A stretch of 64,000 nucleotides of DNA from Candidatus Sumerlaeota bacterium. GTDB lineage: Bacteria; Sumerlaeota; Sumerlaeia; SLMS01. This document shows, one piece after another, positions 55,833 to 64,000 of this stretch. A program made the translations under genes and the position numbers. The number at the start of each line of letters is the position of its first letter. Position 1 is the first letter of the stretch. Below the pieces are notes generated by a model. That model saw only the letters and a program-made list of their open reading frames with translations, did no database searches and had not been told where the DNA came from. The stretch is taken from assembly GCA_020848155.1 (NCBI GenBank), contig JADLAR010000047.1, positions 140,419 through 204,418 of the forward strand. The letters are read 5' to 3'.

Positions 55833-56693
55833 TCAATCCGTGTCGCTGGACGAATACAACCGAAGCCAGATCGGCGCATGGTCCGAGAAGTTGTTGTAGT
55901 GCGTGGTCGTATTGGCAATGTAATCACGACCGTAGCTGGAAATTTCCGTCACATAGCTGGACTGCGCGAAATAGTGATCATACGCAGAAACGTAGGACCC
56001 GCTGGAATTGATCGTCGTGGCGATGTTGTTGTAGTTGGAGACGGCTGGCGAAAGTCCGTAAAGTTCACTCCACGCCGAATGAGTCGCATTCAGGTTTGTA
56101 TCCCCGACGAGCAGCACATCCTGATCGCTGGAACTGCCCGATTGCACGCTCGCGAACACGTTGTCGATCTGCTTCACCTCGTTGTGGACATCCGTGCCGC
56201 CGTTGCCCCAGACAGCATGCCAGTTGATGAAGGTGTAGTCCGCATTGGTGGACTTGTCGCGCACCTTGACGATCTGCGGTTCGCGCTCGAACTTGTCGCC
56301 CGTGTCGGTCCACATGGTGTTGCTCAGGAGTGTCACGCGATCGGTGCGGTACACCACCGCGTAGTATTCCTTGTAGCTGGAGCGGCCGATCGGTCCCACA
56401 TAGGCGCTGGCCCATGTGTATCCGCTCTTTGTGGTCAGCGCCGACGCAATGCTTGCGGGGACACTGCTATACATCACTTCCTGCAGGAAGACGATGTCGC
56501 AGCCATTCGCTGAACCGCTGGTTGACCCATATTGGTTCCAGATTTGTGCCGCATCACCGGCATAGTCCGTTTCTCCACTCCAGCCTTCGTGACGAAGGTT
56601 CCAACTGACAGTACGCATGTACGCTGCTGCAAAAACAGCGTGCGGCATGATGAGCAATGCCAGCAACGCAATCCAGGACGACTTCCTCAACAT
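55833..56693 (-). CDS. Secreted endonuclease/exonuclease/phosphatase (EEP, DNase I-like) family protein
   Basis: Signal peptide MLRKSSWIALLALLIMPHAVFA. VSWNLRHEGW, IVFLQEV, LLVGDTN and SDHAPIW are EEP motifs. Confidence 0.8.
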   Translation of the reverse strand: MLRKSSWIALLALLIMPHAVFAAAYMRTVSWNLRHEGWSGETDYAGDAAQIWNQYGSTSGSANGCDIVFLQEVMYSSVPASIASALTTKSGYTWASAYVGPIGRSSYKEYYAVVYRTDRVTLLSNTMWTDTGDKFEREPQIVKVRDKSTNADYTFINWHAVWGNGGTDVHNEVKQIDNVFASVQSGSSSDQDVLLVGDTNLNATHSAWSELYGLSPAVSNYNNIATTINSSGSYVSAYDHYFAQSSYVTEISSYGRDYIANTTTHYNNFSDHAPIWLRLYSSSDTD

Positions 56694-56828
56694 GAGAAGT
56701 TCCTTTCTATGAGAGCGGAGGACGAGATCCGCAGTGGGTTGGAAAACTGCAACCGCTATGACACCGCATGGCAGCAGTCAAGCGAAACGACGAATATCTT
56801 GATGGAATTGAACGCGACGGGAAAGCTT

Positions 56829-57266
56829 CTAAACCGTTACCGACTTCCCAATGATGAAGATGTTGTTGTCCGTCTCCTGCAATTTCACTTCCAAATCATA
56901 GGTAATTCCACGGGCGGGGTACTTGGTCTTGAGGAGGTCCACGACCTTGTTGCAGATATATCGTGCGACGTTCTCGACGCTGGGGCCGCGGCCTTCCACG
57001 ACGAAGACGCCCTCCTGGTCGAACACCTTGGGATCGAGGAAGGTTTTGTCATCCTTCGTCACAATGATCTTGTGATCCAAAAACCGCACCAACTGCTTGA
57101 TCTCGCCAAAATCCACTGACATGTCCAGCTCATCGCGGGGGAATTCCTCGCAGGAAAGCGTGACCTTGGCACGCCAGGTGTGCCCGTGAACGTGCTGGCA
57201 ATGGCCCGGATAGCCGGGTTGGCGATGGGCCGTGTGAAAATGTGCTTTTACAATGAGTTTTTCCAT
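56829..57266 (-). CDS. queD: 6-carboxy-5,6,7,8-tetrahydropterin synthase (PTPS family)
   Basis: FHTAHRQPGYPGHCQHVHGHTW (Cx3HGH zinc/catalytic motif), about 145 aa. Trimmed to the ATG at 57266. Confidence 0.8.
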   Translation of the reverse strand: MEKLIVKAHFHTAHRQPGYPGHCQHVHGHTWRAKVTLSCEEFPRDELDMSVDFGEIKQLVRFLDHKIIVTKDDKTFLDPKVFDQEGVFVVEGRGPSVENVARYICNKVVDLLKTKYPARGITYDLEVKLQETDNNIFIIGKSVTV

Positions 57267-57402
57267 GGCGGGATCCAAGTGCATCTCACTTTCCGAACGC
57301 AAGCCCAGCGATTTGGGTTCGCATTCCCATTGCACCACCGATGCCGGGTGCCGCGGGTGGACCATTCACACATCTTGGGATACGGAGTGGCAACGACCCC
57401 TC

Positions 57403-58161
57403 GTGCAAAACAAGCCGGCACGCATCAGGACGACAGACCTTTCAAAGACGGCACTGATCATCACGGCGGCGGGCCGCGGCGTGCGCTTTGGCGGATACAA
57501 GCAAATCGCCCCGCTGAACGGGAAGCCGCTGATCGTACACGCCATGGAGGCCTTCTTTGGACTCCCATTCCACACGCGCATCATCGTGCTGCCCGCGAAG
57601 ATGATCAGCGACGGCACATGGAGTTCCATCGTCATCAAGCACTCCCACGCAGCAGAGTTTCAAGTCGTCCAGGGCAAGGATGACCGTGCAGGGTCCGTCC
57701 GCGCGGGACTGGCGGAAACGCCACCCGCCTGCGAATTTGTGGTGGTGCACGACGGCGTGCGGCCATTCCCCCCCCTTCAGGCGATGGTCGATGCCCTTGT
57801 CGTGGTGAAAAGCGAGCCGGACGTGGCAGGGGCGGTCGTTTGCTCCCCCGTGACCGACACGATCAAGCGTGTGCCACGCGGCGCGATGTTCGTGCAGAAG
57901 ACGGAGGACCGCGACGAGTTGCGCAGGGCGGAAACGCCACAGGTGGCGAAGCGCGAATTGTTGATGGAGGCGATGGCGAACTTCCAGCGGGATGATTCGC
58001 CACCCACCGACGAGGCGGAGGCACTGGAACGCATGAAGCTGAAGGTCGCGCTGTTCGAGCACGGCGGATTCAACCCAAAGATCACGACGCCACAGGACCT
58101 GATCATGGCACAGTCGTACCTCCAGAGCAGCGCGGAAACGCACGCGCCAAAGAACCAATGA
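57403..58161 (+). CDS. ispD: 2-C-methyl-D-erythritol 4-phosphate cytidylyltransferase
   Basis: ALIITAAGRGVRFGGYKQ (AAGxGxR P-loop-like motif) and VVVHDGVRPF. The start is uncertain: I propose the GTG at 57403; the track ATG at 57253 would overlap queD divergently. Confidence 0.85.
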   Translation: MQNKPARIRTTDLSKTALIITAAGRGVRFGGYKQIAPLNGKPLIVHAMEAFFGLPFHTRIIVLPAKMISDGTWSSIVIKHSHAAEFQVVQGKDDRAGSVRAGLAETPPACEFVVVHDGVRPFPPLQAMVDALVVVKSEPDVAGAVVCSPVTDTIKRVPRGAMFVQKTEDRDELRRAETPQVAKRELLMEAMANFQRDDSPPTDEAEALERMKLKVALFEHGGFNPKITTPQDLIMAQSYLQSSAETHAPKNQ

Positions 58162-58673
58162 GCGCCGCGCCCCCCTTTGCCGTTGGATTCGGCTACGACG
58201 TGCATCGGTTCGCCGACGGCCGGAAGCTGATGCTGGGCGGCGTGGAGGTTCCGTCATTGCGGGGACTCGATGGCCACAGCGATGCTGACGTACTGCTCCA
58301 TGCGTTGTGTGACGCGGTGCTGGGCGCGGCGGGGTTGCCGGACATCGGACATTTCTTCCCTCCCGGCGACGAGCAATGGCGGAACGCTGCGTCAACGGAA
58401 CTGCTCCGCATTGTCTTCGCACGAGTGAAGGAATTGGGCTGGTCGCTGGCAAACGCAGACATCGTCGTCATTGCGGAGAAGCCGAAGATCGCCCCGCACA
58501 TCGACGCAATGAAAGCCCGCATCGCGCCCCTGCTCCACGCAACGGTCCAACAGATAGGAATCAAGGCGACGACAAACGAGAGGATGGGATTCGTTGGCCG
58601 CGAAGAGGGAATCGCCGCCATGGCGACAGCCCTCCTGTGGCGCAGCCAAGGATCGGTCAGCGAATCGCCTTGA
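58158..58673 (+). CDS. ispF: 2-C-methyl-D-erythritol 2,4-cyclodiphosphate synthase
   Basis: GFGYDVHRF...GLDGHSDADVLLHALCDAVLGA are canonical IspF motifs. ATGA overlap with ispD. Confidence 0.93.
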   Translation: MSAAPPFAVGFGYDVHRFADGRKLMLGGVEVPSLRGLDGHSDADVLLHALCDAVLGAAGLPDIGHFFPPGDEQWRNAASTELLRIVFARVKELGWSLANADIVVIAEKPKIAPHIDAMKARIAPLLHATVQQIGIKATTNERMGFVGREEGIAAMATALLWRSQGSVSESP

Positions 58674-59976
58674 GCTGGCTGGAAATCAGGCGCGCCCATT
58701 CCGACGCGCTTTGCACGCGCTCCCGCGGATTGGAACTCAGGCTCAGGTTGATTGCATCCACCAGCGGTTGGGGCAGGTCCTTGCGGTACTGTTGCAGCGG
58801 CGTCAGCTTCCCGGAACGCAACGCAGTGACAAGCTCCGAACGCGTTTTCCCGTGGTAGGGAAACCGGCCCTTGCTGAAGATCAAATACATTGTCAGCACA
58901 AACGCCCACAAGTCCGTCGCGGTCGAAATGACATCGGTCTCGATGGATTCAATGGGAAGGAACTGAAGCGTACCCACCGTGATGTTGGCGGCGGTAAGGC
59001 GCTCGCCCCCCTTCAACACGCCCGCAATGCCGAAGTCGATCAACCACACATGATCCGTGGACGAATCGACCAGGATGTTGTTGGGCTTGATGTCGCGATG
59101 AATCACCCCCTTGCACGGTTTCCCCGTCTCGTCGGTGAATTCAAAGCTGTGGGCGGCATCCAACGCCTTTGCAATGGCGAGCAACACCCGCAGCGCCTTC
59201 TTCAGGGAATCAAGTTCATCACGGATGATCAACTTGTCCAGCGGCGGGGCTTCCACAAAATCCATGATCATGTAAAGGTAATCGCGTTCCGGCTCATCAC
59301 CCCACTGGTGCACCTTGACGAATCCGGGGGCACCGCTTTGCGCCAGCAGGTGCATGATGTGGGACTCGCGGGCAAAACGTCGGATGAGCGACGTGCGGTC
59401 CGTGTTTCCCAGATGTTGCGGATCCAGAAACAATGGATTCAGCAGCTTGATCGCCAGCGCCGGTTGGTCGTCCGCCATCGGCTTCGCCTTCCAAACCTCC
59501 CCAAAGCCGCCTGTGGCTATCTTCTCATAGCGCCGGTACTGGTCGCGAAACCCATTGCTGAAGATCAGGGGAAAATGCGGCGAGTCCTTCTGGTAGCGCC
59601 GAATGTGCGTGCCATCCTTGCCGGTGATGCGCTCCTCTTCCCAGGTGATGTGGACTTCCGGCCCCTCGCGACCCAGGAAAATGGACTCGCCACGCCGCAG
59701 CATCACCTTGCCCTGCAACTCCTCCGCCTCTCGGTAGGACCCGTGCATGCTTTCCAAATCTTCGTAGGAATAAACATTCGGCGATTCCCGCACGAAACGC
59801 CCATGGAAACGCGAAACGTGCGAATGAATCGTTGGATCAACCTGCAAGTCGCACGTTGGCGAGCGACCGATGGTCACTTTCCCATCGGGAAACCAGTGGG
59901 AGGTTGTCGCGCCCTTTTCAAGGACCGTGAGACAGAGCGACATGCGCAATCCATCTACAGGATTCAAGGACCCCAT
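58657..59976 (-). CDS. Ser/Thr protein kinase with an N-terminal FHA domain
   Basis: FHA: VTIGRSPTCDLQVDP...VSRFHGRF...DLESMHGSY. Kinase: GGFGEVWKA...LAIKLL, HRDIKPNNILV, DFGIAG. Confidence 0.88.
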   Translation of the reverse strand: MGSLNPVDGLRMSLCLTVLEKGATTSHWFPDGKVTIGRSPTCDLQVDPTIHSHVSRFHGRFVRESPNVYSYEDLESMHGSYREAEELQGKVMLRRGESIFLGREGPEVHITWEEERITGKDGTHIRRYQKDSPHFPLIFSNGFRDQYRRYEKIATGGFGEVWKAKPMADDQPALAIKLLNPLFLDPQHLGNTDRTSLIRRFARESHIMHLLAQSGAPGFVKVHQWGDEPERDYLYMIMDFVEAPPLDKLIIRDELDSLKKALRVLLAIAKALDAAHSFEFTDETGKPCKGVIHRDIKPNNILVDSSTDHVWLIDFGIAGVLKGGERLTAANITVGTLQFLPIESIETDVISTATDLWAFVLTMYLIFSKGRFPYHGKTRSELVTALRSGKLTPLQQYRKDLPQPLVDAINLSLSSNPRERVQSASEWARLISSQLKAIR

Positions 59977-60102
59977 CCTTCACGCGGACTTCCAATCAGA
60001 GCAATTCAATTTCACGCTGACAGATCGACAGAAAGACGCTCGATTCTGCGCTTGCCAGAGAGGCCAAGGGAAGGGTTAAGGTCGCCATCCAATCACACAG
60101 GC

Positions 60103-60179
<77 letters not shown>

Positions 60180-60255
60180 ATCCACCCCGTCCCCCTGAAA
60201 TCCAGCGCCACCATGGGAACGCGGCGCTGGTGATGAGTCATAAGGTGTGGAAATG

Positions 60256-61338
60256 CTACCGACAGCTGTCCCGTGCAATCAACTGCGGGTTCATGTAGGT
60301 CGGTTTCGGCATCGTTCCCGTCTTGATATATTCCAGCAGCATCGTTGCCGCACGGAAGCACATTTCCTCCGTCGGGTAGCGCAGCCCAGTCATTGAGGGG
60401 GTGCTGAGAAGGAATGTCAGGTTTTCCTCAAATGCCGCCAGCTTCACCTTGTCCGGCAGGGTGATGCCGCGCGCGTGCAGTTCGCCAAGAATCGCGAAGG
60501 GAACGTGATCGCCGAGCGTGAGAATGCCTTCCGGCAATCCTGACTTATCAAGCCACTTCGCGAATGCCACGCGGCACTTTTTCGGATCAGACGGCAGATA
60601 GAGGGTCTCATAACCCAGACCGGGATCGGTGAAGTCTGTCACGGCCTTGCGAATGCCTTCAAGCCGTTCGACGGTGGCCTGCTCCTTCTTCCGGTTTTCA
60701 GGAATCGCGATCAGGATGCGCCGCGCCTTGCAGACAATCAGGTGCCCCATCACCATGCGGCCGGCCATGGTCTCATCGATGCGGACGTTCACGAAATCAC
60801 CCGCCACGGGAGCCGGCCCAACAATCGCCAGCTTGATCCCGCTGGCAACGACGGCATCGAGGTCCTCCGCGTTTGCCTACGGGTTGATCCAGATGATGCC
60901 GTCCACGGTTTCCTGAGCCTGGCTGATAAGGTCGGCGATGCTGCGGCCACTGTGGCGCGGCATCACGACCAAGTCCATGTTCTCATTCTTCAGCGTTCTC
61001 GCGATTCCGTGCTGGACGAGCATCAAGTCGAAGTGACGGAAAACCTGGCTCAGCGAGGAGGTGTCGATCGGGCCTTCAAGGGAATCATAGACCGGGTAGC
61101 ACAACCCCACGGCGTTATGGCGGCCCGTGGCCAGGCGTACGGCCGCCCGGCTGGGGCGGTAACCAAGCTTCTTGACTGCGGCGAAAACGCGTTCCTTGGT
61201 CTCCTCCCGCGCGGAAAACCCATCATAGGAATTGTTCAGGATGCGCGAAACCGCTGCAATTGAAACGCTTGCTTCACGGGCAACGTCCGAAATGGTTACC
61301 CTTTTTGTCGGTTTTGTGGGCGCTGTCGTGGCAGCCAT
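60256..61338 (-). pseudogene. LacI-family transcriptional regulator interrupted by a single in-frame TAG
   Basis: N-terminal HTH VTISDVAREASVSIAAVSRILNN (ORF 60877..61338) ends ...VDGIIWINP-TAG(60879-60877). The same frame continues ANAEDLDAVVASGIKLAIVGPAPVAGDFVNVRIDETMAGRMVMGHL... into ORF 60256..60807, the periplasmic-binding-like sugar domain. I verified the frame by hand. Confidence 0.8.
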
Positions 61339-61540
61339 GAAAGGTCGGGAGGGGGAGGGCTTGTCCGAAGGATCCTATCGCCGGCGCATTTGCCTCTGCC
61401 TCAAGTAGCGAGTCTCCGTCTTCGATGGTCAAGGACAGAGGGGGGAAATCTCCCTCTGATCCCCCAATATTGCATTTTTCTCTCGCATCTGTCCCCGATG
61501 CAGGCCATTGTTCCCGGAATAAGGATAGTCGAAGCCGACC

Positions 61541-63244
61541 GTGAAAACGCAGCAAAGCAATGCCATGCTTCCCGGCATTTCGTCGATCATTACGGCGACC
61601 AATGAGTTGCTGCGCGCGGCCGCGCTCAACGACAGCCCGGTTTTCATCACCGGCGAGCTCGGCACGGAGAAGGCCTTCGCTGCCAAGCTGATTCACCAGA
61701 ACAGCGTCCGCGCCCCCTTTCCCCTGACGAGAATCAATGTCTCCTGGAAGCTTCCGCCAGACCTCGGAAGCTACTTTGCCCAGACCAACGGTGGCACCCT
61801 TCTCATCCATTTGCAGAAGGAGTTCCCCATCGACATGCAGTATTCGCTGGTGGAGATGGCGACGGAGGGCTTCTTCGCCGACCCCATCACCGGCGAAGAG
61901 GCGAGTGCGGACGTGCGCATCATCATCATGACCAGCCTCGATTTGGAGACCATTGGAGGGAGCACTCCGATCCTGCCGGAGTTGCGCGAGTTGCTGGTTG
62001 AGCAGCACATCGAAATTCCCGCGCTGCGCGATCGCACGGAAGACATCCCCGCCATCGTGCGCTACGCCATCAACCGCGCCCGCGACACGGGCAAGGCGAC
62101 GGCAAAGAGCGCCGACCCGCAGGTGATCAGCCTGTTCCGCCAGTTCCATTGGCCGGGGAACGCGGAGGACCTCCTGCTCGTCACTGCGCAGGCGGCCATC
62201 ACCGCGAAGTCGGAGGTTATCACGCTCGATGACCTGCCCGAAAATTTCATGAAGCAGTTTGCGCCGGAAATCATCACGCGCGCCCGCACGGTTGGCGGGA
62301 ACACCACGGGCGGCATCACGCGCGCAGATGATACGGAACAAACGAAGACGGACGCCTTCTCGCGGCAGCGCGGCTCATCGGCGAGCATGCCAATGCTCTA
62401 TGCGCTGGGGCAGCCGACATCGCCTCCCGCGCAGGACTTCAAGTCGATGAAGCCGGTCGCGCCGCCGCCTGCCACGCAAAGGACGGAAGACACGGGCGAT
62501 CAAGCCGCCCGCGAAACCCAGGAACTTGCCGCGCCCCGCAAGCCTGCGACCCCGTTCCGCCCGGACACGGATTTTGACATTGATGAAACGCATCAGTTGA
62601 CCCCGGCACGCGGCTCCGCCCATGCGGACGATACGCAGCCTGTCATCAAGCCGAGTGATCCCTATCGCACGCCTGTTCCCACGGACGTCTACGCGTTGCG
62701 CACCCCGGCGGAGGGAACGTCACGCCCTGAGAACGACACCAAGGAAGTACTGCCGCGCGTGCTGAATCTGGCGCGGCGCTTGAATAGCCAATCAAAGATT
62801 CTTGGCAAACAAATCAGCGGGCCGCTGGCCGCGGACTCCACAGGAAATCATCCCGGCATGCAGAATCTGGTGCCGACCAGCGATACGGAAGCCTTGAAGT
62901 CGCTGGAAAAGGAAATTGATCGGGGACTGGACCTCGTGATGTCACTGCGCCGCCAGATGGCGATGCTGAACATGCGCCATGTGGAAAGCGCCGAAACAAT
63001 TCGTGACCTGATGCAGCGCCTCACCTATTCGTCGGACACCATCACGCCAGTCCCCGTGGATTCCTACGAGGTTTCCCAGGATGCGAAGATGCTGACGGAA
63101 AACCTTCAGACGATTGACGACATCATCAAGCGCGTGTCCACGGAGGTGCCGATGCTGACCAAGCAGGTGGAATCCACCGCCGCCGGCAATCCCTCCGCAG
63201 AGGAAGACACGCAGAAGCCGTTCTATTACCGCAAGGATTCGTAG
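61541..63244 (+). CDS. Sigma-54-interaction-domain (bEBP-type AAA+)-like protein with degenerate motifs and a long low-complexity/coiled C-terminal region
   Basis: VFITGELGTEKAFAAKLIH (cf. GESGTGKE), GGTLLIHLQ (cf. GGTLFLDEI), ADVRIIIMTS (cf. DVRiIaAT), IEIPALRDRTEDIPAIV (cf. lPpLReRxeDI), FHWPGNAEDL (cf. WPGNVREL). No GAFTGA segment and no C-terminal Fis-type HTH recognised. GTG start. Confidence 0.7.
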   Translation: MKTQQSNAMLPGISSIITATNELLRAAALNDSPVFITGELGTEKAFAAKLIHQNSVRAPFPLTRINVSWKLPPDLGSYFAQTNGGTLLIHLQKEFPIDMQYSLVEMATEGFFADPITGEEASADVRIIIMTSLDLETIGGSTPILPELRELLVEQHIEIPALRDRTEDIPAIVRYAINRARDTGKATAKSADPQVISLFRQFHWPGNAEDLLLVTAQAAITAKSEVITLDDLPENFMKQFAPEIITRARTVGGNTTGGITRADDTEQTKTDAFSRQRGSSASMPMLYALGQPTSPPAQDFKSMKPVAPPPATQRTEDTGDQAARETQELAAPRKPATPFRPDTDFDIDETHQLTPARGSAHADDTQPVIKPSDPYRTPVPTDVYALRTPAEGTSRPENDTKEVLPRVLNLARRLNSQSKILGKQISGPLAADSTGNHPGMQNLVPTSDTEALKSLEKEIDRGLDLVMSLRRQMAMLNMRHVESAETIRDLMQRLTYSSDTITPVPVDSYEVSQDAKMLTENLQTIDDIIKRVSTEVPMLTKQVESTAAGNPSAEEDTQKPFYYRKDS

Positions 63245-63300
63245 CCGGGGTCCTCGTTCACCTGCGCCGTTCGGGGTCGGGCCGATTCACACGCCACCAC

Positions 63301-64000
63301 TCATTCCTTCCTGTCAAGGACCTGCTTGAAGACGCGTCGTGCGTTATCGCCCATGATGCCGCGGATGATTTTCTCGCTGTGGCCGCGCTTGCGCAGGCCT
63401 TCCACGACACGCTGCCACTTTGATGCCTTCTCCAGTCCCACTGGGAAGGTCCAGATTCCGTCAAAATCCGCGCCCAGGGCCACATGCTCCGGGCCGGCAA
63501 CCTTCATCGCATGCTCGATGTGATCAAGATATGTGTCCAGCGTGACGACGTACTTCTTGTCCATCTGCTGCACGAAGAGTTGGCGGCGCTCCTCACGATA
63601 CTCGGGATTTCCCGTCTTGTTGTTGTACTTCTTCTTTAGCGCATCAAGTTCGGCCTTGTGCGAAGCTTCGACCTGTTGCCACCCCGTTTCGAAATCATCA
63701 CTCAAGAATTCGGGAAGGGCGTTGATGCCAATGACGCCGCCATTTTTTGCCAGCGCCTGAAGCATTTCATCCGTGACATTGCGCGGGTGCCGGCACAGCG
63801 CCCGGCATGAGGAGTGGGAAATCACCACCGGGTTCCTCGTGACTTCAAGGGCGTCGAAGAATGTCTGGTCGGAAACGTGACTGAGGTCGACGATCATGTT
63901 CAGGCGATCCATCTCGCGAACCACCTCGCGCCCGAAGTCCGTCAGTCCCATGTTCTGCTTGTCGCCGGAGGAGCCAGCCCAGGACAGGTTGCTCGTCCAT
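63301..64000 (-). CDS. Membrane dipeptidase (M19 family), C-terminal part; the gene continues beyond the window end
   Basis: [18 protein letters not shown]...[24 protein letters not shown]...GGVIGINA...[10 protein letters not shown] are M19 motifs. The reading frame stays open from 63951 to the window edge (..[23 protein letters not shown]). Confidence 0.8.
   Translation of the reverse strand, partial: WTSNLSWAGSSGDKQNMGLTDFGREVVREMDRLNMIVDLSHVSDQTFFDALEVTRNPVVISHSSCRALCRHPRNVTDEMLQALAKNGGVIGINALPEFLSDDFETGWQQVEASHKAELDALKKKYNNKTGNPEYREERRQLFVQQMDKKYVVTLDTYLDHIEHAMKVAGPEHVALGADFDGIWTFPVGLEKASKWQRVVEGLRKRGHSEKIIRGIMGDNARRVFKQVLDRKE

Noticed and set aside
61274-62341. 355-aa minus-strand ORF antisense to the AAA+-like gene
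   Set aside because: No motifs and R/G/D-rich. The plus frame shows the ordered set of sigma-54-interaction-domain motifs.

Overview
GC-rich bacterial chromosomal segment, read by eye from the sequence and ORF track with no searches run. It is densely packed with about 50 protein genes and 2 tRNAs. I saw no rRNA, CRISPR array, transposase or integrase. Most content is core metabolism and cell envelope: EF-Tu (5' end only), GlnD, a lipid A block (skp-like, lpxC, fabZ, lpxI, and a separate lpxK), MEP-pathway genes (dxr, ispD, ispF), RseP, TypA/BipA, the pdhA-pdhB-E2 operon, GluQ-RS, QueD, an ECF sigma/anti-sigma pair, a PP2C phosphatase and an FHA-Ser/Thr kinase. There are also many envelope and secreted proteins: three GT-C-like membrane glycosyltransferase candidates, a GT4, a phosphodiester glycosidase, a GH44-like hydrolase, an M1 metallopeptidase, a DNase I-like EEP nuclease and an S41-like peptidase. 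The prepilin-type N-termini, LpxI and a histone H1-like protein suggest a PVC-type (Verrucomicrobia/Planctomycetes-like) organism; this is inference only. No complete, clearly novel multi-gene system is demonstrable. The best leads are: (1) a 1058-aa PLD(HKD)-SF2 helicase-DUF3427 fusion divergent from a degenerate Vsr-like ORF next to tuf, a candidate stand-alone defence or restriction module; (2) a sigma-54-activator-type AAA+ protein with degenerate catalytic motifs, no GAFTGA loop and a roughly 300-aa low-complexity or coiled tail; (3) an orphan triad of minor-pseudopilin-like genes plus a Pro/Ala-rich membrane protein; (4) a 4-TM protein translationally coupled to a B12-binding radical SAM enzyme; (5) a LacI-family regulator interrupted by one in-frame TAG next to a tRNA(CAT). 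Many long ORFs in the track are antisense shadow ORFs typical of high GC and were rejected. Several track ORFs have 5' extensions, which I trimmed to plausible starts.
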